From Tubulanus polymorphus (lineage: Eukaryota; Animalia; Nemertea): a stretch of DNA of 64,000 nucleotides. A program made the translations under genes and the position numbers. Positions 29,175 to 42,533 of this stretch are shown here, in pieces (the first letter of the stretch is position 1; each line of letters opens with the position of its first letter). Under the pieces are notes generated by a model. The model saw only the letters and a list, made by a program, of their open reading frames with translations. It did no database searches and was not told where the DNA came from. Location: contig NC_134025.1 of the NCBI RefSeq assembly GCF_964204645.1, positions 8,866,001-8,930,000 on the forward strand, given 5' to 3'.

Positions 29175-32100
29175 TCATCTTTTATTCCAATATACATCGC
29201 ATACAAGAGCTAAGTGATCTGATGGAAAAACTTGATTTGGTAAAGCACTATGTACTAATATCTCTTCAGCATTAGGCAATGGAACCACTTGATCCAATGT
29301 GAATTGTTCTTTATCGACAAATATCCAGTCAAGAGTTCCGCAGAAACCAGGGACAAAATTAGTAAACTTTGGTATTCCACATGCATTTACTATTGGTAAT
29401 TTATGCTTGAGTGATGCACCATCTGCATATTCCGGTTTACCCGCTGCAAATTAAGATAAGAAAATGGAAACAATTATCTTTTCTGTATTTTTGTTCCAAT
29501 TTTTCACTCAATAAGATGTAAACACCTGACAACCATCCTGGATCATTTTCACAAATGAAACCATTTTGAAGATAGCGTAATACAGCACTATTGATGCTGC
29601 TGTTAAAATCACCGGCAAATATAACTGCTGGATCTTTGTCCTGAAAATATATATAAATAAACTAATTGATCTGTTAGCTCATTAAGACGTTATTGTGCGG
29701 TGAAATTTTTTACACAGCTCATCACACTTGTTTGTGCCAAAAAGAGATAGAAATAGGGACTAAAAATTGAATTTGACAGTAGTAAGTCTAGAATGAGATG
29801 GGGATGAGTTCGACTACATATCATATTCATATGAGCCTATAAAATCCTCCTTTGTGTTTTTCTTTATTATCATCTACATGTTTCATCTTACCTTCAATCT
29901 GTACATGTGAACTACGGCGTGAATATGCTGTAAGCACACGTTTATTTGAAGTAGACGGATGTGATCAGCATTTGGGTGGAAATACAGATGAGAAGTTGCA
30001 ACTACCACACAATTCTCCGGATTCATAACCGATTCCAATACAAGGACCTACATCATAAGTAGATGTAGAAATTATCAGTAACAATTAGCATTTCTCCAGC
30101 TGATCGAAAAATAGGAGAAATAGTTAGTTCATTCTACTATTTTAGTTCGTGTACATGCCTGTAATATGGTATTTCGCTCGTCAAATCTTTCTTTCAGTTG
30201 TTGGCATTTTTCAATTTTATCTCTAAGCTCAGCAAACTGACTGTTACTACCAAATTCATCTCTTAACATGATATCATGGCATCCTAATAATCTTTAAAGA
30301 AAATTGAATTGTCTCAAACAACATATACTATATCACATTGTCAAAATCTTAATATGTACTTACTTAAATTTGCTTTTTCTAAAGAATATTGCAGTTCCCT
30401 CTGCTATTTCCCCTTTCCCTTTGAAATATCCTGTAAAGCTATGAAATGCTGGACACAAATTGTACTTGAAGACTTTGCGATCAACCTCTTGCAGGCACAA
30501 AACATCAGCATTATACCCTCAATAGAAAATAAACACATTATGTGATATATGGTATATACATCCTGCAAGATAAAACTTATGATAATTATTCACCTTGTAA
30601 TTCCTTGATAAACAAATTCAGTCTATAATCAATCTGTAGATATTCCGGTGGGCAATGTGGGAACAACATATTTCGCGAGAAATCTGAATCGGCATAAAGA
30701 TCTGCCAGTAGATTGTAAGACACAATTCGAACCCTGCAATAACATTTTCAGAAGATACATTTCAATACTAGAATGAGGAAATCATATACCTAGTACCAGT
30801 ACCACTTGAAACAAATTCTTGAATATAATTCTCACCCCTTATCATCTAAAATATTTGTAGTCTGTAGATGTCTATTCTCAAATGGACACTTTGCTGGTCC
30901 CTTCTTGACGCAGTTTTTTGTCACCATTTCCTCAGGGAACCCGCGAAGAGAACCTCTAATCGGTGTGCATTCCATTTTGATACGATGTTCCAAATCATCA
31001 TCAGTTGGAACGTACATTTCACCTTTTCCTATGAGCGACCACTTACAAGCAGATTCAGGTGGATTCTTCTTAATCTTTTTAATTCCCGCTTGAGCGTCCA
31101 AATCATCACGTATCTCTCTGAACCAATTGATCTCACATGGCGTTTCATCATCGACGAATTCAAACTCGATCCGAGGTACGATAGGAAAACCTGATAAACA
31201 TACTTCAGGTAGCTCGGTAGAAGTCACTGTCGGCATGTTGATTTCTACATCGAAAACAGTTTCTCCGATACGCAATTGAGAACCACTTGTCCATGCATCT
31301 AAGTTAGGCTTTTCAATATCAACCTACAAGTAGGCGGCAAGATATCTAATTTTTCACTACAAACTGCTTCCAAGTGATCACGATTAAAGTACATTTCACT
31401 CTTGGCCTATTACCTTTTTATCTGCATTGAGCAATTCAACTAGAATACGTCTTTCCGATTCATTGCCAGTTTGGGACTTTTTCTTCTTTTTCTTAAATAC
31501 ATGTTTTTCTACATTGAGTTGAAGTCGTTCAATTGTAGTCCCCAATGGTTCCGTCTTTAGACGATCAAAATTATAAACTCTAGTGTTATCTTCAGACATT
31601 CCATACCTTTAAAAAGGAAAGTGAACAAATAAAAAAAGCTTTCTATCTGATAAAGATATAAATAAAGGCAGGTATAGGTCTAGTCAGTAACCTGACTATG
31701 GTTTAGTTTCACGATCGGATATTTTCAAAAACCACATTTTTGTTGGTATAAGCTCATCCGATAATAAAAAGCTTACCACCAACGATTAGGTAACTAACTA
31801 GTATAGGTCGAAAACGATGTGAAAGTAGTCTCCGTCAATTACAAAAGCAGCGTTTTTGTTTGTTGCTACTGGGGGAAATAGCTGTATCATATTGCTGAAA
31901 GTAGAACATACAGGTATACAACTCCTAGTGACTGTCATCCACAAGTCATGTGCAGTAGCCTTAGCATTCACCCAGTGATCTCCGTCGCTCTACGATCCTA
32001 GTGTAACCAACCTATGGTACATCAGACACTAAGGTTCTTGGTGAACCTTAGCATAGCGAACTAGTAGGGCGAAGATTAGTTAGTTACCTAATCGTTGGTG

Positions 32101-32484
32101 GTAAGCTTTTTATAATCGGATGAGCTTATACCAACAAAAATGTGGTTTGTGAAAATATCCGATCGTGAATCTAAACCACAGACAGGTTTTTAGGTGAAGA
32201 TGATATCAATGATGGGACGCAGTACTACAGGCTACGTCACAATCCTTGCAGCAAGAAATCTACTACAAGAAATCAAGTCACAACGAGTCATGGTGTCACT
32301 GGAAGTCAGAAAGCTTAAGTCTAAACTGTTATATTTCAACAAACCTGAAGGTGATCTGCAATCTCTCTTCTTGGTCGACTGATCGTACGCTCAAAACGGG
32401 TGCCATTTTTAATAAATATGTTGATAATTTTCTTACATGTAAACAAGTGGACTGTTTAAATCGCAAGGCACTCAGCAAAAACAT
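29175..32484 (-). CDS. PDE12: 2',5'-phosphodiesterase 12 (CCR4/nocturnin EEP family), multi-exon
   Basis: VSYNLLADLYADSD, ADVLCLQEVD, VATSHLYFHP, FAGDFNS, TLDWIF, FPSDHLAL motifs; N-terminal LSGFPIVPRIEFE / HRIKMECTP / CPFENRH region typical of PDE12; first exon 32484-32345. Confidence 0.9.
31700..32177. repeat. Two inverted ~100-bp copies of a short dispersed element in PDE12 intron 1 (31700-31800, 32076-32177)
   Basis: Near-perfect reverse complements; the 45-bp core recurs at 5785-5829 and 38427-38471. Confidence 0.85.
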
Positions 32485-33440
32485 CAATTACCAGGCAAGA
32501 AAAGTAAAAATTTGGGAAGGGGTGCGATATTATCGCCCAAAATGAAAAAAAAATCTTGCAAAATATCGTACGCGACGACCTTGAGATTAAAACCCTGTCA
32601 CCGAGCTTTGAAATTCAAGTAAGATTTTATTCACTGTATTTTGGCTTCAGTATAAAACAAAATGATAGGTCTAACTGCAGTTTGGGTCACCTATCCACTA
32701 GGTGGCGATAGTGTTATGGTAATGAGATCGGTGGAAGCATTTGAATGACATCCGGATTAATACTATGTGATTTTCTCCCAATAAGCTAACCCCTATATAT
32801 AAAGGTTTTGTTTTTCTACAGTCAATACTGCTTTTCATTGTTGGTTCGCATTATCCAGTCAACATCAGTCATGAATTCCAAAAGCTGACAAAACCATTAA
32901 AAGAAACATGAAATCAAGATTTATCAAATGGAATATTGAATTACATTCATTTATTCATCAAGGTAGTACAGAACACCAATATATAAAATTTGTTCATGAT
33001 ACAAGTTACAATGACCAATTAGCAGGCCAATAGAAGAGAATTCAGCATTCAGCAATTTTAATTTTTTGAAAAACCAGTCCCTACAATGGTCAACATAGAA
33101 TTTTAGTCATCACTGCACTTCATACTCTGCTTAGGTGTTGCAATAAAATGTAATCAACGATTTTACAACTAAAATGAATAGTAATATTTACAGAAAATAA
33201 AAACAAAGTTACAAAATACTGCTACAACAGACATCATACAGAACAGATATAAAATGTTTTCAGTAGTATAGTCGACTCGCCTGTCATAACTTCGTGAAAT
33301 TTTATCTTAACGCGCATCCATCCGAGTGTAGGGCCACATCTCCTGACAGAGGAATTGGGTGAAACATGAAATGCACTTTAAGTAAACCCATTCGATAATA
33401 GTTCAATAGATCTATCCCAACTATCAAATTAGACGCTCGC

Positions 33441-36400
33441 TTAGTAGGAAGATCTACTGTTATAGTTTGACGATCCGCCGCCTCCGCTACCGCCGCCGCG
33501 ACTACTGAATCCATTGCGGCTGCTCGAACCGGTCGCGTAACTGCCACCGCCTCCGCCGCTGGATCCTGACGGATAATCGCGAGACGAACTATATCCGCTA
33601 GTCGACGTACCGCTGTATCCCATCTTATCACCGCTCGATCGTCCCGTGTCGCGAGACGCGTAACCGGAGTCTCTCGGCGATCGGACGTCACGCGACGAAT
33701 ATTCCCCTCCGCTGCTTCGCGGGAATTGACGTACATCTTCTTGTCTGAAAATAATTATCGTAATTGTCATTTAATTTCTATAGTACCCTTCCTGACTGAG
33801 ATAATGTTCAATGCCATTGATGCTCGTTAGTTGGTATTTATTGCCCCCAGCCTATTTCTCCCAACTTTAACCATGTACTTGTGTCAGTCATATCTCCCTA
33901 AAAAGTAGAATCTAAGCACTCAGATGTGATCAATTTAGGCCAGGTATCGATTAACTCCAGCTAGGTATAGAGGCAATGAGGATAACTGTCTTGCCTGGGG
34001 ACACTACAGTAATGTATGGGGTTTTCAAAGCCACGACCTGGCTTTCCTGAGTGGAAGGCTCTAATCACTCGCCAACGCTGCTCCACAAAAGAGGGCACAT
34101 ATCAAATTATATCGTATTCGTACAACTCAGAATGATGAATAATGAAACAGTATTTCTACCTTTCTCTTCTGTAGTATTCAGGTGGCGGTCGAGAGTATGG
34201 ATCACGTTCTTCGCGGTCTCGTCCACCATCTCTATCGTAAGGAGCCGACGAAAATCGATCTCGGTAATACGGGTCCCGATCGTACGGTGCCGGTGCACGT
34301 CTGTACATGTCGTAGTCTGGCGGTGGAGATCTTCTCGGATACGGATCGTAACGATCTCTGCTATATGGATCAGAGTACGGTCTACGATAATCCGATTGGT
34401 ACCTATTTGAATAATGAATGATTACATCGATTAAATCGTCTTGAATTCAGGAATAATTTTCATTCACATCTCATTTCAAACTTACCTATCTCGACCTCTA
34501 TCATAATCATCCATTCGTCTACCGCTATCACCATTCCTCGAGTACGGACTGGGTCGATCATATCCACGACTAGGACCTCTCATCGCACCGCCTCCACGGC
34601 TGCTTCCACCTCGACTTCCGCCTCTTCCACGACTACCGCCCCTAAAAATCAACAATACTATCTCAATCTCGGCAAGCTCTATGCATCCACAGGAATCATG
34701 ACATTCAATTCAACGAAAAGGCAGTTAATACTCAATAATTCAAGTACATCAACCCTGACAAAGAGACATTTATCGCAAATTTCACGCAATCGATTTCGTT
34801 CAATCCCCGTCTATTCTAATCATGAAATATCGCACAGCCGTAACCTCCACGACGTTACATGTTTCCTTGAACGGGCAGACAGGAATGCATATGTACCGCT
34901 AAAACTGCTCGTGCTTTGATCGTAAATTTATAAGGAGTCTCGCCGTTAAACGCCACGTTATTAATAATAACTTTCTTAACGATCATTCGCAACGAATCGG
35001 AAAAGCGTTTCGCAGTTTTAAAGGCATTTCGCACACACTATGTAATAAGGCATGTTTATCTATGTTCTCAACTACATAGGATCGGAACTTTTAATGTATT
35101 ATCTTAGTACGGCTAACACATTCTATAAAGTATCGAAAGAAGGAGTTTTAGCTCATTAACGCTAGCAGTGACACGTGAATCGACCCGATGACAATCCGCA
35201 CTGTCACGAGCAGATTGAACGCATGCCCGAGAAAATACAAGTCGCAACAGCGATAGAAAGTGGTGGTAGAGAGTACAACCTCTTGTTAACAGATTTTACA
35301 ATACGCAACGATTTTTTTTCTCGCATCATTCATACATTCGATAGCGGATGTATACAAACCTTCCACGCGATCCACTGCCTTCTCTTCTCGGACCTTTCGA
35401 TTTCGATAGCTGTTACGGAGGATAAACAAACATTGACGTGAATTAATTCAAGCGGATGACGTATAACGACGGAGAATTCGTACGCAGTACAAACAACGCA
35501 ATCACGTTTCAATTTTGATTTCGATCGGATAGACACACGCTGACCGCTTCGAACATCGGACGTATGTTTATGCAAGTCGGACGATCATGAAACGGTTTAT
35601 TCAGTTGTTTTTTTTTTTTTAATGCTGAAATAGAAGACTGAAGGAAAATGATGATACGCAATTCAACATACGACACAATTATTTGGAAATTACAAAATCA
35701 CATTCGGCAAGTTCACTTTCAGAATTCCACGGACTACTTTCCCATCAACCCTCTTGATACTGGACTGATACAAGTCGCAGAAGCAGCAGCAGCAACAGCG
35801 ATCCACCAGACTTAATACATATACAACTCGGTATATGTGCCGATTTAAGGTGCGTACGGTATTAAAGACGCTTCCATTCACACGGTGCACGTGGTTTGAA
35901 TTAAGAAACGTGGCAATTTTCCTGTATAAACGCTTTTAAACGCAATTTACGTGTAGCCCAACTCACACAGTTGGTTACAGGTACAAGAAACGAGAAATCT
36001 GAACGGTTAGTCGACGCAGTAGTGGTCCTAATCCTATGCTCCTTTCCGCAAATGAACTCAGTAACAAGAGGGTTAACTATACGGTATTTTTTTCATACGC
36101 TCAATCGAACACTGCAATATTTCGGTATCGCTATCGGATGCCATTTACGCAGAATATTTTCACAATATAAGTTTCGCTTCGGCAAATAATTTCCGAAAAC
36201 CGCGAGCAAAACCTCCACCGATCATAATAGTCATCGCTAATGTAGAATAGATTCGCAACTTGAAGAATGACGGGTAGAGACCTATGACGTCTCATAAATA
36301 AACAAGCTCTGAACGCAACCGGAAGGCTTCAAAGTCAATACGCCATATAGAGACAAATAATTTTTTTCCAAGCTTCATTCAAAAGAGAAACCGACTTAGA

Positions 36401-37318
36401 CCATATTTCTAGTCTAAAAACATGTGCTTAAAGAGTTAAATTATTTCTAATTTCAGGATTTAAAAAATTCTTTAGCAACTGACCAAAATTGATGAATAAA
36501 AAAGAATGTTTAAAAACTGTTGGTAATATATACATAAAAATAAAGTAAACATATGCCATCCTACATACCTCGACATTAATCTTTGTTCCAGCGAATGCTC
36601 TGCCATGCAATGCAGCTATGGCTTTATCGGCCTCATCGCGGTTTTCCATATGCTGTAAAAATGAAACGAGAATATCTTTCTCAATAGACTTTTGTTTGTA
36701 AACATATGATATTCTGCTAACATTAGAATTTACAGCAGTTCAGGTCAGCGCTAAGGATTACGGTAATGATAATAGATTAGAGGGTCCCTACAGATCAGCC
36801 ATTTCTGGATATAAAGAGTTTTCCAAGGAGTTTTATTAAAGGACAAGTTGCAGTCGAGTTTACATTTAGAGGTTTTGCAATCAAATTCCTATTCCATGTA
36901 CGCTACCTACTCAGTTTCTAATTCGGTAACAGCCTAATTGAGTAAACACAAATCCAGGTCCCAACTGAACCGATTTAGGCATAGGTTACTGCACAACTAC
37001 AAACATTTCAAATTGCCTATTCTAAAAATTACAGGCAATTTGCTCGAAATAAAGGAGTTTAAAAGGAATCAAGGACTAAGGAGTTGTAGAGACCCTAGAT
37101 AAGGCTTTGGTTTGTAACCATCTAGGAGTCACTCACTCCTATATTTCTAATCCTTACTTTTCTTTTGCATGTCTGTCATAGTTTCAATTACTTACCACGA
37201 ATCCGAAGTTACCGAGAATGTCACATTCCGCAACGTGTCCATATTCTTCAAAGAGCGTCTTAAGTTTGGCTGGATTTGCGTCATTTGACAAATTTCCCAC
37301 AAAAATCTTTGTAGTCAT
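33441..37318 (-). CDS. RBM4/lark-like RNA-binding protein with one RRM and RGG / R-D-Y-P / S-G-rich tail (exons 37318-37196, 36652-36569, 35409-35360, 34641-~34486, ~34401-34160, ~33744-33441)
   Basis: MTTKIFVGNL...VAECDILGNFGFVHME...AIAALHG...INVE|LSKSKG RRM characteristic of RBM4/lark; phases 0,0,2,2,2 are consistent; 5'-UTR exon donor near 37977. Confidence 0.8.
33925..34087 (-). mobile_element. Degenerate tRNA-derived SINE in intron
   Basis: Minus strand: A-box-like tggcgagtgattagagc, B-box-like ggctttgaaaaccc, then gtgtccccaggcaagacagtta CORE-like segment. Confidence 0.45.
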
Positions 37319-37786
37319 TTTTCTAGAACTGAAAATGATAAATCAGAAATGATAAATAAGTAACTAGCAAATCTGATACTGTCATCTTAATGTGTGAGAA
37401 CTTGTCTTTAGTGATAGAGATATAATGAAAGATCTAAGGCCTTTTTATGAACCAGCAAAATCGAAATAGATTAGCTATTTAGATTATATAGCCGATTAGT
37501 GTCAATTAGCATAACCAGGTATGTTGGTTGACAAAAACGCCAGGTAGAAATTATTCAATTATGGCCTACTCAGCAGCGACTTCTACCGAGAACACCATAT
37601 CGGTTGGATTAGATAATCGGCATACTTGCTCGCCAAGCGAGTATGCTAATCGATTATGATAACCAATGTTCATAAAAATGACGGATTATGACATAATCCA
37701 TGCTCATAAAAACGTTTTGCATACTCGAATATACTAATCGAGTGTTCATAAAAAGGCCTATATTCTCGATAAATGCTAATCGATGA

Positions 37787-38138
37787 TGACGTCATACACA
37801 ATAGCCGCCATCTTTCTTTCTCCACATAAAATATCCAACTGCAACAAAAGCGAGCGAAATAACGCACAATCCCTCGACATTGTATAAAATAATGACTGAA
37901 TCTTGAAAGAGCATGATTTTTGGTGTAAGTATTTCGCAAATAAAACGAAATATTTGTAAAATACGCCGGTATATTACCTACTTAGCGAGCAGCAATCTCG
38001 AGCCCCTTTCTTCTCCAAATTTTCACCGACAGGTAGCGCTGCGGTTTATCTTCCGCGACATGCAGCTTTTATGGATAACTGGTGAACTACAGCGGTATAG
38101 GGTTTTTCTATCGATATATACAGCCTGAATATATAATA
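37787..38138. promoter_or_regulatory. Shared divergent promoter region of RBM4-like and UTP25; CRE (TGACGTCA 37787-37794) and YY1-like (GCCGCCATCTT 37804-37814) motifs
   Basis: Minus-strand donor at ~37977 lies ~160 bp from the UTP25 ATG at 38139; CpG-richer than flanks. Confidence 0.5.
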
Positions 38139-41100
38139 ATGGGTTTTAATCGAGGTAAACGAAAAAATGGGAGAAGTCAGTCGTCATTTAGGGGGAAAAA
38201 GCGAAAATTTCTTCAATCAAACCCTAAAATCGATCGATTTAGTAATCGGTGAGTAGTGCAGAATGTTGATTTTTCTACAGTTTGAGTTCGAATCCCATAT
38301 TTGAGGAATGTAAACACTAGATATTTTATGTTGTAGTGTTGAAGAGACAGAAACCAACGAGCCGATTGTTGAGAAAAAATTGATAGAGGTATTTATTTAC
38401 TATGAGCTGACTGTCACATAGGCCTATCCGATAATAAAAAGCTTACCACCAACGATTGGGTATCTAACTAACGGGCCTAGTGCCCTCTTGTGGAAATCCT
38501 GTCGATTGTGTTGATATTCTTTAAGGAATTACCATCAGAAGTTAGCAGTGAAGAAGAAGAAATCCCTTCTGCATTCACACAATTGATGACAACGCTCAAA
38601 ACTAGAAATGACAATATTTCAGGTAGGCTATAATCTTTTCTTCAAGTGATTTGTCAACTCCATACTTAAATTGAGATCAAGCATAAGACAAGAAATATTC
38701 TACCAATCGTGTATTTCCTTATAATTTCGTTCATCAGAAAATGAAGATGAAGGAGTTGATGATGAAGAATTAGAAGATTCTGACGGAGAAGATACAGATG
38801 AAGGTGATGATGGTGATGATGATGATGAAAATGAAGAAGATGACTTTCAAATTGAAGATGAAGACGAAAATGAATATGATGAGACAGCAGATCTCAATGA
38901 AAGCGATGAAGATGGTAGTGTAAATGATGAAAACGATGATGATAATGAGATCCAGGATGATAAGCAAACTGATGAGGAGGAAGACCTGAGTGTTATCGAA
39001 ATCGAAGACCAGAATCTATCTCTACCAAATGGTAAATGATTAATCTTAAACTACTTTTGAAATATTTGTTAAGTAATGTTTGTGATTTCATAAGTGTAGT
39101 TGACTATTTCTGGTACGTTTCTTATTTCAGATCCTTTTTCAATACATTTTGAAGAAGAGATACCAGAAACTTTACCAGATGATATCGGTCAAAAGAAATC
39201 TAGTATTAAATCCGATGTTAAAGTGAGTTCTTCTCTGTTCATAAGTATTCTAAGGAAAGATAGTTGAATATTGGCCTATCAGATTTTTTCTTTTGGTAGT
39301 ATCCTGTCTTGGGTTCTTGCATTCATTTGAGTGTAAGTGATGATCATAAAGAAATTCCATCAAATACAGAAAAACAAGTCAGTAAATTACATGTAAGTAG
39401 AAAAATTATGTCTTCTTTAGATAAAGAGTCTTTTCTCTATATGACACTGAAACAAGAATTTCTTTTCCAATGATTGAATACAATTTTTCTTAAGGTTAAG
39501 CAGAAGTTATGTGAGCAGTTGAAAGATGTAAATGTATTTTCATCAAACAGCTCTGACACTAAATCTGCTGGTAAGACAATTTTGGATACTTTAAGTGATG
39601 TTTTTTATTTGGGTTAGTGAGGACATGTACCACCATGTTTTGCATTTCTAATTTGTTTGTATATAAAATACCAGTACTCATTATGTTTCCAGATCCAGAT
39701 CCAATGACGCCTTTACAATATGAACTATTTTCAATTATGAATAATTATAAGGTATGTGATATCCTATTTCATTGTCTTCTATTAGTAGTATCAATTAAAA
39801 GTCCTGCCATTAGTTTTGTTATTTTCAGGACCTGTGTTTCCCACTAAGAACCTACGACAATGGTGAAGAAATTCGTTTGGTTTATTGTTTACATGCAATA
39901 AATCATGCACTCAAGTAAGATTCACAGAGCTTTTCAAGAGCATCCTTACTTGTTTATGATAACAACTACATGGATAATGTATTCTTTTGGGATATTTTAT
40001 ATAGGACACGTAGTAGAATCATTGCCCACAATAGTAAGATTAAATCAAAAAGAGATGATATTCCAGAGTAAGTAACCAACCTTAGCATAGTGGGTTGTAT
40101 AGAAAATTTAAATGGATTCTAAAAGTTATTTTGATTTTTGTTCCAACAGTGATTATAGAGATCAAGGTTTGACTAGACCGAAGGTTCTTATCGTTGCACC
40201 TTTCAAAGATTCCTGTTTCAAAATCGTTAACCTGTTCATTAAACTACTCATGCCAAAGGACCAGGTATTAGTAAGCAATAGAAAAAGATTTGAAAAAGAG
40301 TTTGGTCCTGAAGAAGGAAACTCGGAAAAAAAGAAAGGCTTAAAGCCAGGTACAGTCTACCGCGACCTAAGAATAGCTGAAACATCCTATTTCTATTGGC
40401 TTATCAAATTATATAAAACTTTTCAGATGACTATGAATACTTATTTGATGGGAATACTGATGAGCACTTTAGACTGGGAATTGGAGTGGCTAAGAAGACC
40501 CTAAAGCTTTACACAGATTTCTATCATGCAGATATCATAATAGCCTCACCTTTGGGATTGAGAACGATCATTGGTGGTGAAGGGTAGGTCTTTATTCACG
40601 ATAAAGTTAAGTTTATAATCATCAAATTATTGCCAAATGAATGTTTGTATTCCTTAGTGATGAAAGTCGTGATTTCGATTTCTTGTCGTCGATAGAAATA
40701 CTCATCTTTGATCAAATGGACGTTCTCCTAATGCAGAATTGGGATCATGTCTTGGTAAGTGGATATGATTATTTTGATGCATGATAGTCTAAAGCGGTGT
40801 GGAGAATTTCCAATTAAAATGCATTTATTGTGGTTGCAGCATTTAATGGATCACCTTCATCAACAGCCTAAAGAAAGTCATGGAGTTGATTTCTCCAGAG
40901 TGCGTATGTGGACATTGAATGGATGGGCTAAATTCTACAGGCAAACCCTAATCTTCAGCGATCTTCAGACGCCTGAAATAAATGCTTTATTTAATAAGCA
41001 TTGTACAAGTATCCTTGATTGTTCATCCAGTACTCTGATTTTCATCATGTAAATATATCCATGTTTTATTTCCTTAACCGTTTGAAAGACTATGCAGGAA

Positions 41101-42533
41101 AGATCATCGTTCAGAAATCTCAGGCAGCTGTTGGCTCAATTTGCCAAATTGTTGCACAAATTCCACAGGTGTTCCACCGCATTGACTGTCAGACCTTTGC
41201 TGAAGTGCCCGATGCAAGGTTCAAATTTTTTGTGACAAAGGTGCATATTTAACTATTACAGTTGTCTTACAGTTGTTTCTAGCACATGGAGGTTCAAAAG
41301 ACAAAGCTTGCATCAATACTCTCAAAGATATCTTAATTGGCATTACTTACACGTGCTTACAAATAAAAAAGCTGAATTAGAAAATGTACTGGAGAATAAT
41401 CCTGGACAATGACATATTATAATCTTGGAGAATGATATATATTCTCAGTAGCTGAGCTGGTTAAGTGGAGGACTGTCGTGGTATAATGCAAACTGTCTTC
41501 CTTAGGTGGCTGGTTTAATTTTTCCAAACCTTTTGATATATATTTCCTGTTTGTATTTTTTACTTATATACCTTTTTCAGATTCTTCCTCAATATAAGGA
41601 GTCAGTGATGACCGGAACCCTTATATTCGTGCCATCATACTTTGATTATGTGCGACTACGAAACTATTTCAAAAAGCAAGGACTTAGTACATCATTCTTG
41701 TCGGAGTATGTATAATCAAATTTTGTGTGTTATAGTATTTGCCTAAAATTGGATGCATTTTTTGTCATTGATACAAATCATGGCAGCCATCAGTAGATAG
41801 ATGGTATACCTGGTATGTGATATTCAGAAACGTTTTACTTATCCTTTCTTTAAATTTTTTCATTCAACAGGTATTCCGATTCTAAGAAGATCTCTCGGGC
41901 AAGGAGTTTTTTCTATCATGGACGAAAACACTTTATGCTTTACACAGAACGGTTTCATTTTTATCGCAGGTATGTCTGTCAAATCATTGAATTCATAGAA
42001 ATGACTTGAGAAAATTTTAAAAATAAATTCCAACTTCAGTATGGTAGATTTCTATATTCGACGGAAGCGATAAGGGCCTCCACTTGATTTGTCACGGGGA
42101 AAATGGACAGTAAAGCGAAATATGTCGTCAAAATGTCATGATGTGTCGACATATATTATCTATATCACGATATGTTGACATAATTATGATGACTTGTTGA
42201 GTTGGCAGCACACGCGACAACTAGAAGCCCCTTATCGTTTCCATAATATTCACAATAGAAATAGAAACGTCACGTTTGGTTTTCAGGTACAAGTTGAGAG
42301 GCATCAAACATATCGTGTTCTACGAACTGCCGCATTATCCACAGTTCTACAGCGAAATGTGCAACATGCTAATTGATGCAAAACGAAACGACGATCACGA
42401 AGATATGACTTGTTCGGTGATCTATTCTAAATATGATGCGCAGAGACTGAGTGGCATTATCAGCACTGACCGTGCTCGTTTTATGATCAATTCTGAAAAA
42501 CAAGTTCACATGTTTGTCACGGGTGATAGCTGA
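38139..42533 (+). CDS. UTP25: U3 snoRNA-associated protein 25 (digestive organ expansion factor), many short exons
   Basis: Basic N-terminus, long acidic tract, [92 protein letters not shown]. Confidence 0.92.
41442..41525 (+). pseudogene. Degenerate intron-containing tRNA-Tyr-derived sequence inside a UTP25 intron
   Basis: tagctgagctggttaagtggaggactgtcg...ttccttaggtggctggtttaatt aligns by eye to eukaryotic tRNA-Tyr TAGCTCAGCTGGTAGAGCGGAGGACTGTAG..ATCCTTAGGTCGCTGGTTCGATT; anticodon, T-loop and acceptor stem damaged. Confidence 0.6.

Noticed and set aside
34897-34898. Possible 2-nt microexon fixing the RBM4-like frame
   Set aside because: The 50-nt exon at 35409-35360 solves the phase with sensible sequence
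35690-35890. ORF with CCCCCFC run
   Set aside because: Arises from a (TGC)n tract in an intron; no coding support
38770-38967. Very hydrophobic 65-aa ORF on minus strand
   Set aside because: Antisense shadow of the acidic GAT/GAA tract of UTP25
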